A DNA stretch of 63,904 nucleotides, counting the filler, from Squatina squatina (lineage: Eukaryota): assembly GCA_031763465.1 (NCBI GenBank). It is 20 parts of one record of this genome, joined end to end, with 100 filler letters (N's around TTAATTAATTAA, not from the genome) between each part and the next. Parts side by side here need not be neighbours in the genome. Positions count along the whole stretch, not along the records: positions 35,805 to 40,698 come from JARFOE010000162.1; positions 40,799 to 43,812 come from JARFOE010000162.1; positions 43,913 to 46,337 come from JARFOE010000162.1; positions 46,438 to 48,666 come from JARFOE010000162.1; 16 more parts are not named here. One strand, 5' to 3'. This document shows positions 36,196 through 46,900 of this stretch, piece after piece (the stretch's first letter is position 1; every line of letters starts with the position of its first letter). A model generated the notes under the pieces. It was not told where the DNA came from. It saw only the letters and a program-made list of their open reading frames with translations, and did not search any database. The position numbers and the translations under genes are program-made.

Positions 36196-37149
36196 CAAAG
36201 AAATCACAGAACCCCTATGAGTCAATCTGTGCCCATGCATGGAATATGTCAGGATAATTGTGTGAGTGAAATCCTGGAAAAATGTCAGAAATCTGTAAGC
36301 TTCAAGCTCCACTTATAATGTTACCAAATAGTTTGGAGGTTGAAAGAGTAAATTACCACAAAGAAAATTAAATTGAAGTCCTCATCACAGCGTAGCATTT
36401 CAAAGAAACCAAAGCTTTGTACAACCACTAATCCAAGTTCTATTTTGCACAATATAGAGAACAGATGTCTTAAATTACTGAGTCAATAGATACACCTTGT
36501 GCTGTAAAAACAGAACAAGTCGAAACAAACCCATGCTGTTTATGTTAATACTTTAGAAAAACAGTTTCTGGTAGGTTACAAGTGAAAAAGAAAGCTGAGA
36601 AGAGAGTCCTTTGAAGCATCTTTCCGTTCTATTGAAACATTTTAGAATCTTAACGAGAANNNNNNNNNNNNNNNNNNNNNNNNNNNNNNNNNNNNNNNNN
36701 NNNNNNNNNNNNNNNNNNNNNNNNNNNNNNNNNNNNNNNNNNNNNNNNNNNNNNNNNNNAAATGATTTTTTGTTATATACTATTTACTTTTAATGTTATA
36801 TTGATGATAGTATATTACAGAATTATTAAAGATTGCTTTTGAGAGATCATTTATTTTACACTAACCAACTGACACTTATTAATATTCATAAAGCTAACCC
36901 AACTATTATTGTTAGGGTGTTCAGACAAGCATGTAACGACATTAATAATCTCACCAACAAAATTTGTGCCATTAATATTCATAGGATTTGTAATTCATGG
37001 ATTTGCTAAAGTCTCTGCCTGGTTTTTTATTTTTATAATTTGTCGCTACATGTTCCCTTCAGCAGGCTGCAGCTTAAACTCTCCGACACATCTTTGATCC
37101 TAGTTAGGGTACCACTGGGAAGGCAAGGAGGATACTGTGAACCCAAGGG

Positions 37150-37269
37150 TATGGTAGCAGAGGCCTGGATTAATGATCCAGAGACATGAGTCTAAATCCC
37201 ACCACGGCTACTGGGGAATTTAAATTCAGTTAATTAAATAAATCTGGAATTAAAAACCAGTATCAGTAA
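37150..37269 (+). mobile_element. tRNA-derived SINE (family B), 5' part
   Basis: CCAGAGACATGAGTCTAAATCCCACCACGG...GAATTTAAATTCAGTTAATT...ATCTGGAAT. Confidence 0.55.
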
Positions 37270-37369
37270 NNNNNNNNNNNNNNNNNNNNNNNNNNNNNNN
37301 NNNNNNNNNNNNNNNNNNNNNNNNNNNNNNNNNNNNNNNNNNNNNNNNNNNNNNNNNNNNNNNNNNNNN

Positions 37370-37555
37370 AAACAGCAATGTGATAATGACCAGATAATCT
37401 TTTTTTAGTGATGTTGATTGAGGGATAAATATTGGCCAGGACACCGTGGATAACTCCCCTGCTCTTCTTCGAAATAGTGCCATGGGATCTTTTACACCCA
37501 CCTGAGGGAGCGGACGTTTAACATTTCACGTTTAAGGTTTAATGGCACACCCGAA
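37370..37555 (-). mobile_element. DeuSINE fragment
   Basis: 37370-37510 is nearly identical to 30092-30235. Confidence 0.9.
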
Positions 37556-37687
37556 AGAAAATTTGAGACCGATAGATTTTTGTTAAGCAAGGGTGTTAAA
37601 GGATATGGGCCAATGATGGGTTTATGGAGTTAGGTGACAGATCAGCCATGATCTCATTGAATGGCAGAATAGGCTTGAGGGGTTAAA
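37556..37687 (+). mobile_element. CR1 3' fragment
   Basis: GATAGATTTTTGTTAAGCAAGGG...CAGATCAGCCATGATCTCATTGAATGGCAGAATAGGCTTGAGGGG. Confidence 0.75.
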
Positions 37688-38961
37688 AACAAAGTTACCA
37701 GGAAGATTAACATAATCACCATTACATTATCACTGGCTCCAAATGTGCTGAGATTCCTCAAGTATTGCTCTGCAGTATGTAATTTACAGAGCCCATGGTG
37801 CTGTGCTGCTGTAAACTCATGCTACACATGTGCCAAGTTCTGTGATTTCATGGAGCATTGTGGCAATTTGGCACTGTAAGGCTTCCACCCATGTGAAATG
37901 CACAGTTGCAGTAACGCACAATGTGGCCCTTGAGATTGGGGAGGGACTGCCACGGAGAGCCAATGAGGCAATAAAGAGAGTCGGATCCAGTTAAAGTTCT
38001 GAGGAGCCCAATTTAATTAAAGGAGCAGGGGTTTCATGATTCCCCATGTCGAGAATTCCTAATCATAACCACGCCAAGGGAATGGGGCTGAGAAGAGGCT
38101 CGATGTTTAAAGGTGGCAGGGTAAACTGGAGGGAGAAGGAAACCCTGCCCCACAACCCCTGTCAGTGTTATGATGTGCCTCAGTACTTAAATCAGGGGTG
38201 ACATGGGCAATGGGTTTTGAGCAGGTCACCCACACACTTCTCAGTGGGGTTGTAATGTTTGGTGACTCACAACAGGGGGAACAGGTGAAGTTATAAATAC
38301 TGGTCAATGCAGGTTATAGGGCAAGCTCTTGAGGTGGCACTAGGGCTTCATCTGGGAGTGCCATCGCCATTTCCCATCATACGTTTTGGGGGGAATTTTA
38401 AGTGCTTTTCGTGCGCTCGGTGGCATTTTTATTGAATGGCCTATTGCAGTGTAATCAATTAGTCAACATTTAACAAGACTACTGTTTCCAAGTAGGCTGG
38501 CCAGACAGGGTGGGAACCTCATTAGCGGTTTCTTTTTTCACACATACAGCTTTCTTGGGCNNNNNNNNNNNNNNNNNNNNNNNNNNNNNNNNNNNNNNNN
38601 NNNNNNNNNNNNNNNNNNNNNNNNNNNNNNNNNNNNNNNNNNNNNNNNNNNNNNNNNNNNNNNNNNNNNNNNNNNNNNNNNNNNNNNNNNNNNNNNNNNN
38701 NNNNNNNNNNNNNNNNNNNNNNNNNNNNNNNNNNNNNNNNNNNNNNNNNNNNNNNNNNNNNNNNNNNNNNNNNNNNNNNNNNNNNNNNNNNNNNNNNNNN
38801 NNNNNNNNNNNNNNNNNNNNNNNNNNNNNNNNNNNNNNNNNNNNNNNNNNNNNNNNNNNNNNNNNNNNNNNNNNNNNNNGCACTGTGAGTTTCCTGTGCA
38901 CGTTTAGCAAAAGCCAGATGGTTCTTTGTACTTGGGGCCGTTTGATGTGTCACAGGTGCCT

Positions 38962-38989
38962 TGTGTGTGTGTGTGTGTGTGTGTGTGTG
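38962..38989. repeat. (TG)14 microsatellite
   Basis: Direct reading. Confidence 0.95.
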
Positions 38990-39816
38990 GATGAAACTGC
39001 TTCAGCTGCCAACACCAAAGCACCTTCCTGCAATTATGAACGGGCTCTTTGTGAACGTGCTCCAATGCATCTGAAGCCTGAGGATATGGCTCTGGGAGGA
39101 GTCCTGGCCACAATATTTACTTATTTATTTTTAACGACTTATGCTTGACCTTTCCATTGGAACTTTCACATACTTTAGAGGATTAAAGCCTTTGCTGCTT
39201 GGAAATTCTGCAGTACTTCACTCGACATTTGAACGAAGCCCGGTAATCATTTTGTGTGCGAGACTACGGGTAGACGCTGAATCATTATATATCGATTCAT
39301 AACACGCAGTAATTCATAGTCTTCATTTTTAAAAATATACTCTTTATTCATCTCTCCCCTTTCTTCCCAGTTGTTTCTGTCTTTCATATCGCAGGCTCCC
39401 CTCCCCCAATGCATCAGACCTGAGCCGAGAGAGCGTGCAGATGACCTTCCAGGCTTGCTGCCAAAGACGCTCTGTAACCAGTTGCTAGGAGGTGTGCAAG
39501 ACGGCCCTAAGTTGACTTGTCTCCAGCTTGTTTTCCTGCCTCCCTCAGGAAAAGCACTGCATCCCCATTTAACACCTCCCTTAAGTAGCTCAGTCGAGAT
39601 GGTTAGCTGACAGTGTAGCAGGTACAAGGCACAGAACTGCCTTTCTCCCACATTGGATTCTGCTTGTGCCTAGCAACAGTTTTAAATTTAGTTAAGAAGT
39701 AGATTCTCAATTCTCATGAAATGGTGCAATTCTGAGCACACACCAGCAGATATTGGAGAATATTGGGTGCACTGCCCATGACGTTTTTGTCCATTGGTTT
39801 CAAAGGTGAACCTAGT

Positions 39817-40229
39817 TGTCGACCTTGGCTCAGTGGTAGCACTCTCACCTCTGTGGGTTGAAGTCCCACTCCAGAGACTTGATAACATATTCCAAACTGA
39901 CACCTAAGTGCAGTACTGAGGGAGTGCTGTCAGATGAAATGCTAAACCGAGGCCCCATCTGCCCTCTCAGTTGAACATAAAAGATTCAATGGCATTATTC
40001 AAAGAACAGGAAAGTTTTCCCAATGTCCTGGCCAAGATTTAACCCTCAACCAACACCTAAAATAGATGATATGGTCGTTTACTTCATTGCTGTTTGTGGG
40101 AGCTAGCTGTGTGCCAGTTGGCGACTGCTTTTCCTACAATTTAACAGTGATTACACCTCAAAGTACTTAGTTAGCTGTAAAGCACTTTGGGACCTTCTGA
40201 GGACGTGACGAGTGCTATATGAATGCAAA
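39817..40229 (+). mobile_element. DeuSINE, near full length
   Basis: Head TGGCTCAGTGGTAGCACTCTC...GGTTGAAGTCCC, Deu core, and tail GTGCTATATGAATGCAA. Confidence 0.88.
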
Positions 40230-40698
40230 AGGGGTGAAATTCAACGGCGCTAAAAAATGGGCGTGAGCACCACGATGTGAGACATGCCTGCACCCATTCA
40301 GAAAGCGCAGGCAGTACGTCAATTTGGTGCTGCCTGCGAATTAACATGATAGGAGCGCCCAGCTTAGCGATGAACAGGCTGCTGACAGGCTGTGCACTCA
40401 GCAGGAGGCCCAAGTTCGCATCGCTGGAGTGAGACTAGCTTTACTTAAAGCTAGCCTGCTCCTTTGGAAGGCAGTCTTTGACTCTTAAAGCTGAACTGCC
40501 TTCCACACATAAAAATATCCTTCATAACTAAGCAGCCTGCAGCTCTTAAAGCTGAACTGCCTTCTGCACATAAAACATGCTAAAAATGCTTCAGCGGCCC
40601 ACCAGTCATGCTGCAACCACAGGGGTAGCACTGCGTGACATCACCACGATAGGCAACGGCATATGCAAAACAGTCATTAAGGAAATGCACAAGGTTGA
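40230..40698. mobile_element. Probable PIF/Harbinger-type non-autonomous element (left end)
   Basis: Starts GGGGTGAAATT (compare GGGCTAGAAATT at 55021), is CpG-rich, and is truncated by a gap. Confidence 0.4.
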
Positions 40699-41929
40699 NN
40701 NNNNNNNNNNNNNNNNNNNNNNNNNNNNNNNNNNNNNNNNNNTTAATTAATTAANNNNNNNNNNNNNNNNNNNNNNNNNNNNNNNNNNNNNNNNNNNNAC
40801 CTCCCTCGCTGGTGGGATGAGCAGCATTCCTGGCCTACTTGCTGCTACAGACACCAAGGAACTGTGCCTCCTTATTACAATTTCCTCAAGGGGGTTCGAG
40901 TCAGGAAAATCTGAATTACTCTTCTGTGATTGGGTGCCCTGCTCTGCTGCCCCCCTTAGGTACTTACTCCATACGGTCCTGCTATAGGTATCTTTGAAAT
41001 GGAAGAGAAAAAGATTGACAAGAGATGCAGAGAAGTTATCTGGGAGGCGAACGAATGAGCCAAGCTCTGCTCCTTCCTTAGATGGTTGTTCCCTCGTCAG
41101 CAGCTGAAATGGGTAGGCTGAACTGTCTGATTAAAGGTTGCACTCCAATTTCCATGCACTCAAGCAGCTTGGATCCACTTTGCACAGGATTTACAGCACC
41201 AGTTGCTGCCCCCACCACTGCTAGGGCTCAAGTTTACATAGATTTTAAACTTTACTCTTTATTTTAGCTCTGCTAGAAATGACCATGAACCACCAAAATC
41301 AATTTCAACATTTTGCTTGGTATTCCCTCCAGTGAGATAAGTTTTCGAGCTAACTCTTTAACTCAGTACACAAGCTATTTGAAACAATTGCAAATGAAGA
41401 TAGCTAGACTGAGCAGCCTAATAGAGAGTCCTTTCAAACCTGCCCAAAAATAAATAAAATGTCTGTATTAATATGAGATTACTATACATGTAGCATTATA
41501 AAAAGTAACCGTTTGTCGCATTTTGTATAATATTGCTCTTGTATGAAGAGCACGACCTTGGATTGATAAACATTATCCTAGCTACACTCTTGTTACTCTC
41601 GTAACCAATGAAAACCCTGCAGAATATCTTCCATGTAGACTGTTGAAACAGTCCCTGTTAGCTCAGCTAAGGGTTAGAGATTGTGTTGTACAGCAGGGAT
41701 TTGTGTTCACCCCTGTAAGCTTTAGCGGAGGGCATGACTCGGCCTGTGAATGGCAGGACCAGATTGAAATAAGCTCATTGAACCAAGTGTTAGAATCAGG
41801 CTCGTCTTCCAACACATTGTGCAACTTTACAACTGAGCTCTCTAACCTACACTCACCCCTTCACCCCTTCACTCTTTCTCAAAAACAGACAGCTACTCCC
41901 GCGCTCATTACTGTCAGTGATTAAGTTCA

Positions 41930-42114
41930 CACAATTTCCCCTCGTGCGGGAATCTAGAACTAGGGGGCATAGTCTCAGAATAAGGGGTCCATTTAAGATG
42001 GAGATGAGGAGGAATTTCTTCTCCAAGGGTTGTGAACCTTTGGAATTCTTTACCCCAGAGAGCTGTGGAGGCTGAGTCATTGAATATATTCAAGGCTGAG
42101 ATAGACAGATTTTT
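41930..42114 (+). mobile_element. CR1 ORF2 C-terminal fragment
   Basis: ESRTRGHSLRIRG / VVNLWNSLPQRAVEAESLNIFKAEIDRF. Confidence 0.92.
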
Positions 42115-43074
42115 NNNNNNNNNNNNNNNNNNNNNNNNNNNNNNNNNNNNNNNNNNNNNNNNNNNNNNNNNNNNNNNNNNNNNNNNNNNNNNNNNNNNNN
42201 NNNNNNNNNNNNNNCTACATTTGGATGTCAGGCTGCCAGGTATGAATTACGGCTAGATGCCAACTTGGCAGCCAGAAACCACTACTGGTTATTAGCTGGG
42301 GACCACAGTTAGATGTTAGACTGTGCAGCAGGAGCCATAGCAAGGTACCCTAGCTTACTATCCAGCCAACCAGTTAGCGATGTTCCACATCCAAGTGCTA
42401 GTCTACAAATATATGTTTAATGGCTTAGTTAATCTCTTGAGGATGACTGCTCTTAGAAAAATGAAAAATTACAAGAGCATATTCAGTGGCTGTAGTCCTG
42501 TAGGAACAGTTTCTATGCTCAATTTAACCTTGTAGCAAAAAATCTTCCAGCGAGCAGAAATAGCTAGGGATTGTCTGTTGTCCTGTTCATTATTTCCTCA
42601 ATGCTATGGATGAGTGAAGCACAACTTCTACAAGAAGGGAAATGTGACAGAAATACTGAGCTTCTCGCTGAAGGAAAAGAGAAATGGAGAGCAGGGGCTA
42701 TCCTCCATGAAGGCAGCATCAAAGTGGATAATGCCTAATTTGCAAATTACCTCAACAACTCATCTTAAACTGTACGGAAGCACAGTATCGCTAAATACTC
42801 TGAAGCATGTTCATTTGTTCATCATCAGGAGACCACAAACATGGACTTGCTTCACAAAAACATGAATTTTTATCATGAACATTGCTCCCAAAGCTTCAGT
42901 TTAAATTGGGTCATAATTCCGATTGATTTGTACTTAAGATGTACCCTGTCCCTTGAACATTTTTGATTTAGACTGCATGCGGTAAAATAAAGGAGTCTTA
43001 TATGCATGCAGACACCATTTTCTTTACAGTTTTCCTTTTCGTTGTAGGAGATACTGGTGATTAGGCGTGAGCTA

Positions 43075-43525
43075 CCTATAGGATCATACAACACAGCAGG
43101 AGGCCATTCGGTCCATCGTGACTGTGCCGGCTCGTTCCATTTAGCTCCAGTCCTCTTTAATCAGTCACTCTAGTTTCTACATGAGTAAAATAAGTTATCT
43201 TGCTATTGTTTGGTGCTATTAACAGTTTGTCTTTTTAATTTAACTCCTTTTCATTCTAGTAATCACTTTAGTTACTCTCAGGCAAGACTCCTAATCCTCA
43301 TTACTGTTTTTGAACAATGACGGACAGGTAAAACCTCGCTCTGGTCCATCTAGCCCGTCCCCACANNNNNNNNNNCCCACACATTTGCGATACCTTGTGT
43401 ATCACAATATAAACATTCCTCACTCCACCCAAAACCATGTGATCTTCCGGAAGAGGCAAAAAAACAGATAAAAACCAAGGACAATTTGAGGGAAAAAATC
43501 TGGGAAATTCCTCTCCGACCCATCT
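43075..43525 (-). mobile_element. Two CR1-type 3' tail remnants (43075-43135 and 43322-43525)
   Basis: GGAGGCCATTCGGTCCATCG and CTGGTCCATCTAGCCCGTCCCCAC-type termini. Confidence 0.45.
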
Positions 43526-43534
43526 AGTATATTC

Positions 43535-43812
43535 AATGACATATTGATTTTAAGATTCCCATCTTTGTATTCCATGGCTTTGCCCCTCCCTAACTCTTTC
43601 ACATCCTCCAGCCCGACAATCTGGAACTTTACGCTCCTCCAATTCTGGCCTCTTGTGCAGTCCCCACTTTTTTTTTTGCCCCATTGAGGGCTGTTCCTTC
43701 AATCTTTTGGATCCTAAGCTCTAGAATTTCCTTCCTACACCTCTCTGTCTCTCCACCCCGTTCTCCTCCTTTAAAAACGCTCCTTAAAACCGATCTCTTT
43801 GACCAAGCTTTT
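43535..43812 (+). mobile_element. L2 3' fragment
   Basis: TCCATGGCTTTGCCCCTCCCTAACTC...CGCTCCTTAAAACCGATCTCTTTGACCAAGCTTTT, matching the reverse complement of 305-590. Confidence 0.85.
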
Positions 43813-44239
43813 NNNNNNNNNNNNNNNNNNNNNNNNNNNNNNNNNNNNNNNNNNNNTTAATTAATTAANNNNNNNNNNNNNNNNNNNNNNNNNNNNNNNN
43901 NNNNNNNNNNNNTAGTGCTGAAATTAGCACGTTTTTTAATGCTGTCAGAATTTTTTTTCTATGTGCCAAATTGCAGGCCTTAAAGGGAGAGTTCCGAAAC
44001 CGGAACTTTGCGCCAGTAACTCAGGGCAGTCGAATTGGCCATCCCAGTTGCTCTCAATGCTGCAGTCCTCAGACTTCAGGGTGGAAAGGTTTGAATCATA
44101 TCAGAGGAATGGCAAGAGACAAGCATGACTTGCACGTTGAACAATGCATTTCTAAATATTCAATAATTTGGTTGGGCCATATTATGGATTCCAGAGCCCA
44201 AAAATTGCAATGGTGGCAATTCAATATAAGACATTAAAA

Positions 44240-44702
44240 CAATACCCTGTCTACCTGTTTAGATGGATGTAAAAGATCTCACGGCACTATTCAAAGAAGA
44301 GTAGGGAGTTCTCCCAGTGTCATGCCCAACATTCCTTTCCTAACTAACACCATTAACAACAGCTTATAAACAAAGGTCAGGCAGCATCAGAACCTGACGA
44401 AGGGTCATCAACCCGGAATGTTAACTCTGTTTCTCTCCCCACAGATGCTGCTTGACCTGCTGAGCTTTTCCAGCATTTGTTGTTTATATTCTAGACTCCA
44501 GCATCCGCAGTATTTTGCTTTAATATTAAAAGCAGCTTACTGGTCATTTATTTCATTTAATGTTTGTGGGGCCTTGGTATGCACAAATTGGCTGTCACTA
44601 TTGCCGATATAACAGCAGTGACTACATTTCAAAATGTGATTCATTGGCTGTGAAGCACGTTGAAGCATCCTAAGGATGTGATCAGGTGCTATATGAATGC
44701 AA
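44240..44702 (+). mobile_element. DeuSINE, interrupted by a Penelope-like insertion
   Basis: Deu core GATGGATGTAAAAGATCTCACGGCACTATTC before the insert. TGGTCATTTATTTCAT...GGTGCTATATGAATGCAA after it. Confidence 0.8.
44367..44524 (+). mobile_element. Penelope-like terminal-repeat insertion with 5' inversion and TSD
   Basis: Body is homologous to 17297-17421. AGGTCAGGCAGCATC (44374-44388) is an inverted copy of 44444-44458. TSD is ATTAACAACAGCTTA / ATTAAAAGCAGCTTA. Confidence 0.75.
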
Positions 44703-44869
44703 CAGTAGGAGTCAATGCAATAAGTCTCGACTTCAACACAACGAGGATGCAGGGAAGCGTAGGAGCATTTAGGATGGCATATTTAGAAATTAGGGGGAAG
44801 GGAATAGATAAAGCAAATCAGCGGAGCAATAATCCCTGCATTATCAAGGAAGATTGCCGTGGAGAAAGA

Positions 44870-45502
44870 GAAATCAGTACACGGAGCTGGTGTTGTACAC
44901 AGATCGTTTAACACGGCCCTTCTGACATGACATGCTGATGGTAAGAGATCACCAATTAGACAATAAACTTTTCTTGTATCCTGCCCAGTAGGAATTGGAA
45001 GCTGCTGAACTCCTGAAATCCTGCTAACTGAGAGAAAAGTGCATTAATGGGAGTGTTGGTGGTAAATGGATATCAAGGATTAAAGGTATGGAAAATAATC
45101 TAAATTCAAATTGTATTGATAAAGAAAGAAACAGAGAAACACATGGGAAATGATGGGTAGTATAAAATGTGAGGAGAAAGGAGAGAATATCTGGCATAAA
45201 CAACGAAAACAAAGTGTGCAAGAAATTGTTAGCGAAGAGGAACTGGGAGAGACAATGAATTGTAAAGGAGAATGTGTGAGTGACAGAAAACAAGAAAGAC
45301 TGAGGAAGAGACCCAGAACAGACAGATCAATAAAAGCACTTCAGGATAATGGTGCTTCCTGTGTCAGTACAGAAATGGTTTCCAGTTTACTTCAGTCAGT
45401 GCTGGGAAGTGTTCCATTTCTAGCATGAAGTGCTTAATATGACATGTCAGAAGGGCCGTGTTAAACGATCTGTGTACAACACCAGCTCCGTGTACTGATT
45501 TC
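44870..45502. repeat. Perfect 60-bp inverted repeat with 513-bp spacer
   Basis: 44870-44929 (GAAATCAGTACACGGAGCTGGTGTTGTACACAGATCGTTTAACACGGCCCTTCTGACATG) is the exact reverse complement of 45443-45502. Confidence 0.97.
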
Positions 45503-45929
45503 ATTTCCCCACTCTGTAACTTTTGCTCCGCAATGAAATATCTCTGTAATCCTACATGCCATTTCCTATATCCTACCTTCAGCTGCCGACTGTAAATACT
45601 TCTGACTGGCAGAGTGTCATGTTCCCCCAATTGTCACAGTTTGCAGCTCAGTATATGAATGTGAATGGGTTTAACCCTTTCTCGGTAAATACTACATTTT
45701 TCTTGTATTACTGCTGCGAATGCTTCCACTTGCACAGCCCAATTAGAATGCTCTGTAAAACACCCCAATATAAAGCTTAATCCATACAAGACCATTTGTC
45801 ATTTCGCAGTATCATTCGATAAAACAAATGTATATGTCATAGCAGTGTGAGATAACGTGCTAGAATGTCATTGTAATTTCAGTTGCTAGTCTGACATCAG
45901 TATAATATCGGTCATATTCTCTCTTATAT

Positions 45930-46133
45930 CAGGGCAAGACACATAATCCAATATCACTGCATTGTTACTCACACAATCAATTGCATTTAAATAAGTCCCG
46001 TAATCCAGTATTACTGCAGTCAATCATATAGCCCTGTATCAATGCAGGGTAAGTCACATTATCCAATATCACTCACTGCATAACTGAATATCACTACAGT
46101 GTGAACAATCTGGTTCAATACCACTGCATTGTG
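45930..46133. repeat. Degenerate minisatellite, about 25-30-bp unit
   Basis: About seven variants of AAGTCACATAATCCAATATCACTGCA-TGT. Confidence 0.65.
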
Positions 46134-46139
46134 AGCATT

Positions 46140-46337
46140 TGTGGCATTCCGTCAAGACCAGCATTTATTGCCCATCCCTAGTTGCCCTTGAGAAAGTGAT
46201 GCAGCAGTCCATGTGGTGAAGGTGCTCCCACATTGCTTTTAGAGAGGGAGTTCCAGGATATTAACCAAGCGATGATGAGATAGTGTTGATTTACTTCCAA
46301 GCCAGGAAGGTGTGTGGCTTTCAAGGGAACTTGGAGG
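46140..46337 (-). mobile_element. 3' end of CR1/L2-group LINE (family B)
   Basis: CAGCATTTATTGCCCATCCCTAGTTGCCCTTGAGAA matches the reverse complement of 15300-15335. Confidence 0.8.
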
Positions 46338-46437
46338 NNNNNNNNNNNNNNNNNNNNNNNNNNNNNNNNNNNNNNNNNNNNTTAATTAATTAANNNNNNN
46401 NNNNNNNNNNNNNNNNNNNNNNNNNNNNNNNNNNNNN

Positions 46438-46572
46438 CGCTGGGTTGGAGCTCAGCCTCCGAGTGTGCACACACGCAAGCGTTGTCTACGTACTGCAGTT
46501 CGATGATAGAGGTTGGGGTGGTCTTGGTTCTGGAATGGAGGCGGCGGAGGTTGAACAGTTTCACACTCATCC
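46438..46572 (-). mobile_element. RTE reverse-transcriptase fragment
   Basis: KLFNLRRLHSRTKTTPTSIIELQYVDNACVCAHSEAELQ, the RTE LFNLRRL motif with a decayed YADD. Confidence 0.9.
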
Positions 46573-46594
46573 TGTCGATTACCTTTAGCTCAGT

Positions 46595-46712
46595 CCCTTC
46601 ATCTAAGTCATTGATATAGATTGTAGATAGCTGAGGCCCCAGTACTGATCCTTGCAGTACCCCACCAAGACGAAAAGGTCCCGTTTATTCCTACTCTCTT
46701 TTTTCTGTCCGT
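46595..46712 (-). mobile_element. CR1 reverse-transcriptase fragment
   Basis: GVLQGSVLGPQLSTIYINDLDEG. Confidence 0.88.
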
Positions 46713-46741
46713 GTTAATATATTACCCAGCAGGGGTTGCAG

Positions 46742-46900
46742 ATTAAAATCTCATCTAAATGGGTGGACCTCCGATGGTGCAGTACTCTCTCAGTACTTCA
46801 CTGGGTTGTCATCCTAGATTGTGCGCTCATCCTGGTGTGGGGCTTGAAACAACAACTTCCTGACCAAAGGCAAAAGTATTACCAACTGTGCCAAACTGAA
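46742..46900 (-). mobile_element. Old DeuSINE 5' half
   Basis: GTGCAGTACTCTCTCAGTACTTCACTGG...GTGGGGCTTGAAAC...TACCAACTGTGCCA. Confidence 0.65.

Noticed and set aside
39394..39490. Strong plus-strand acceptor followed by short open frames
   Set aside because: No good donor or polyadenylation signal, and no recognisable peptide.
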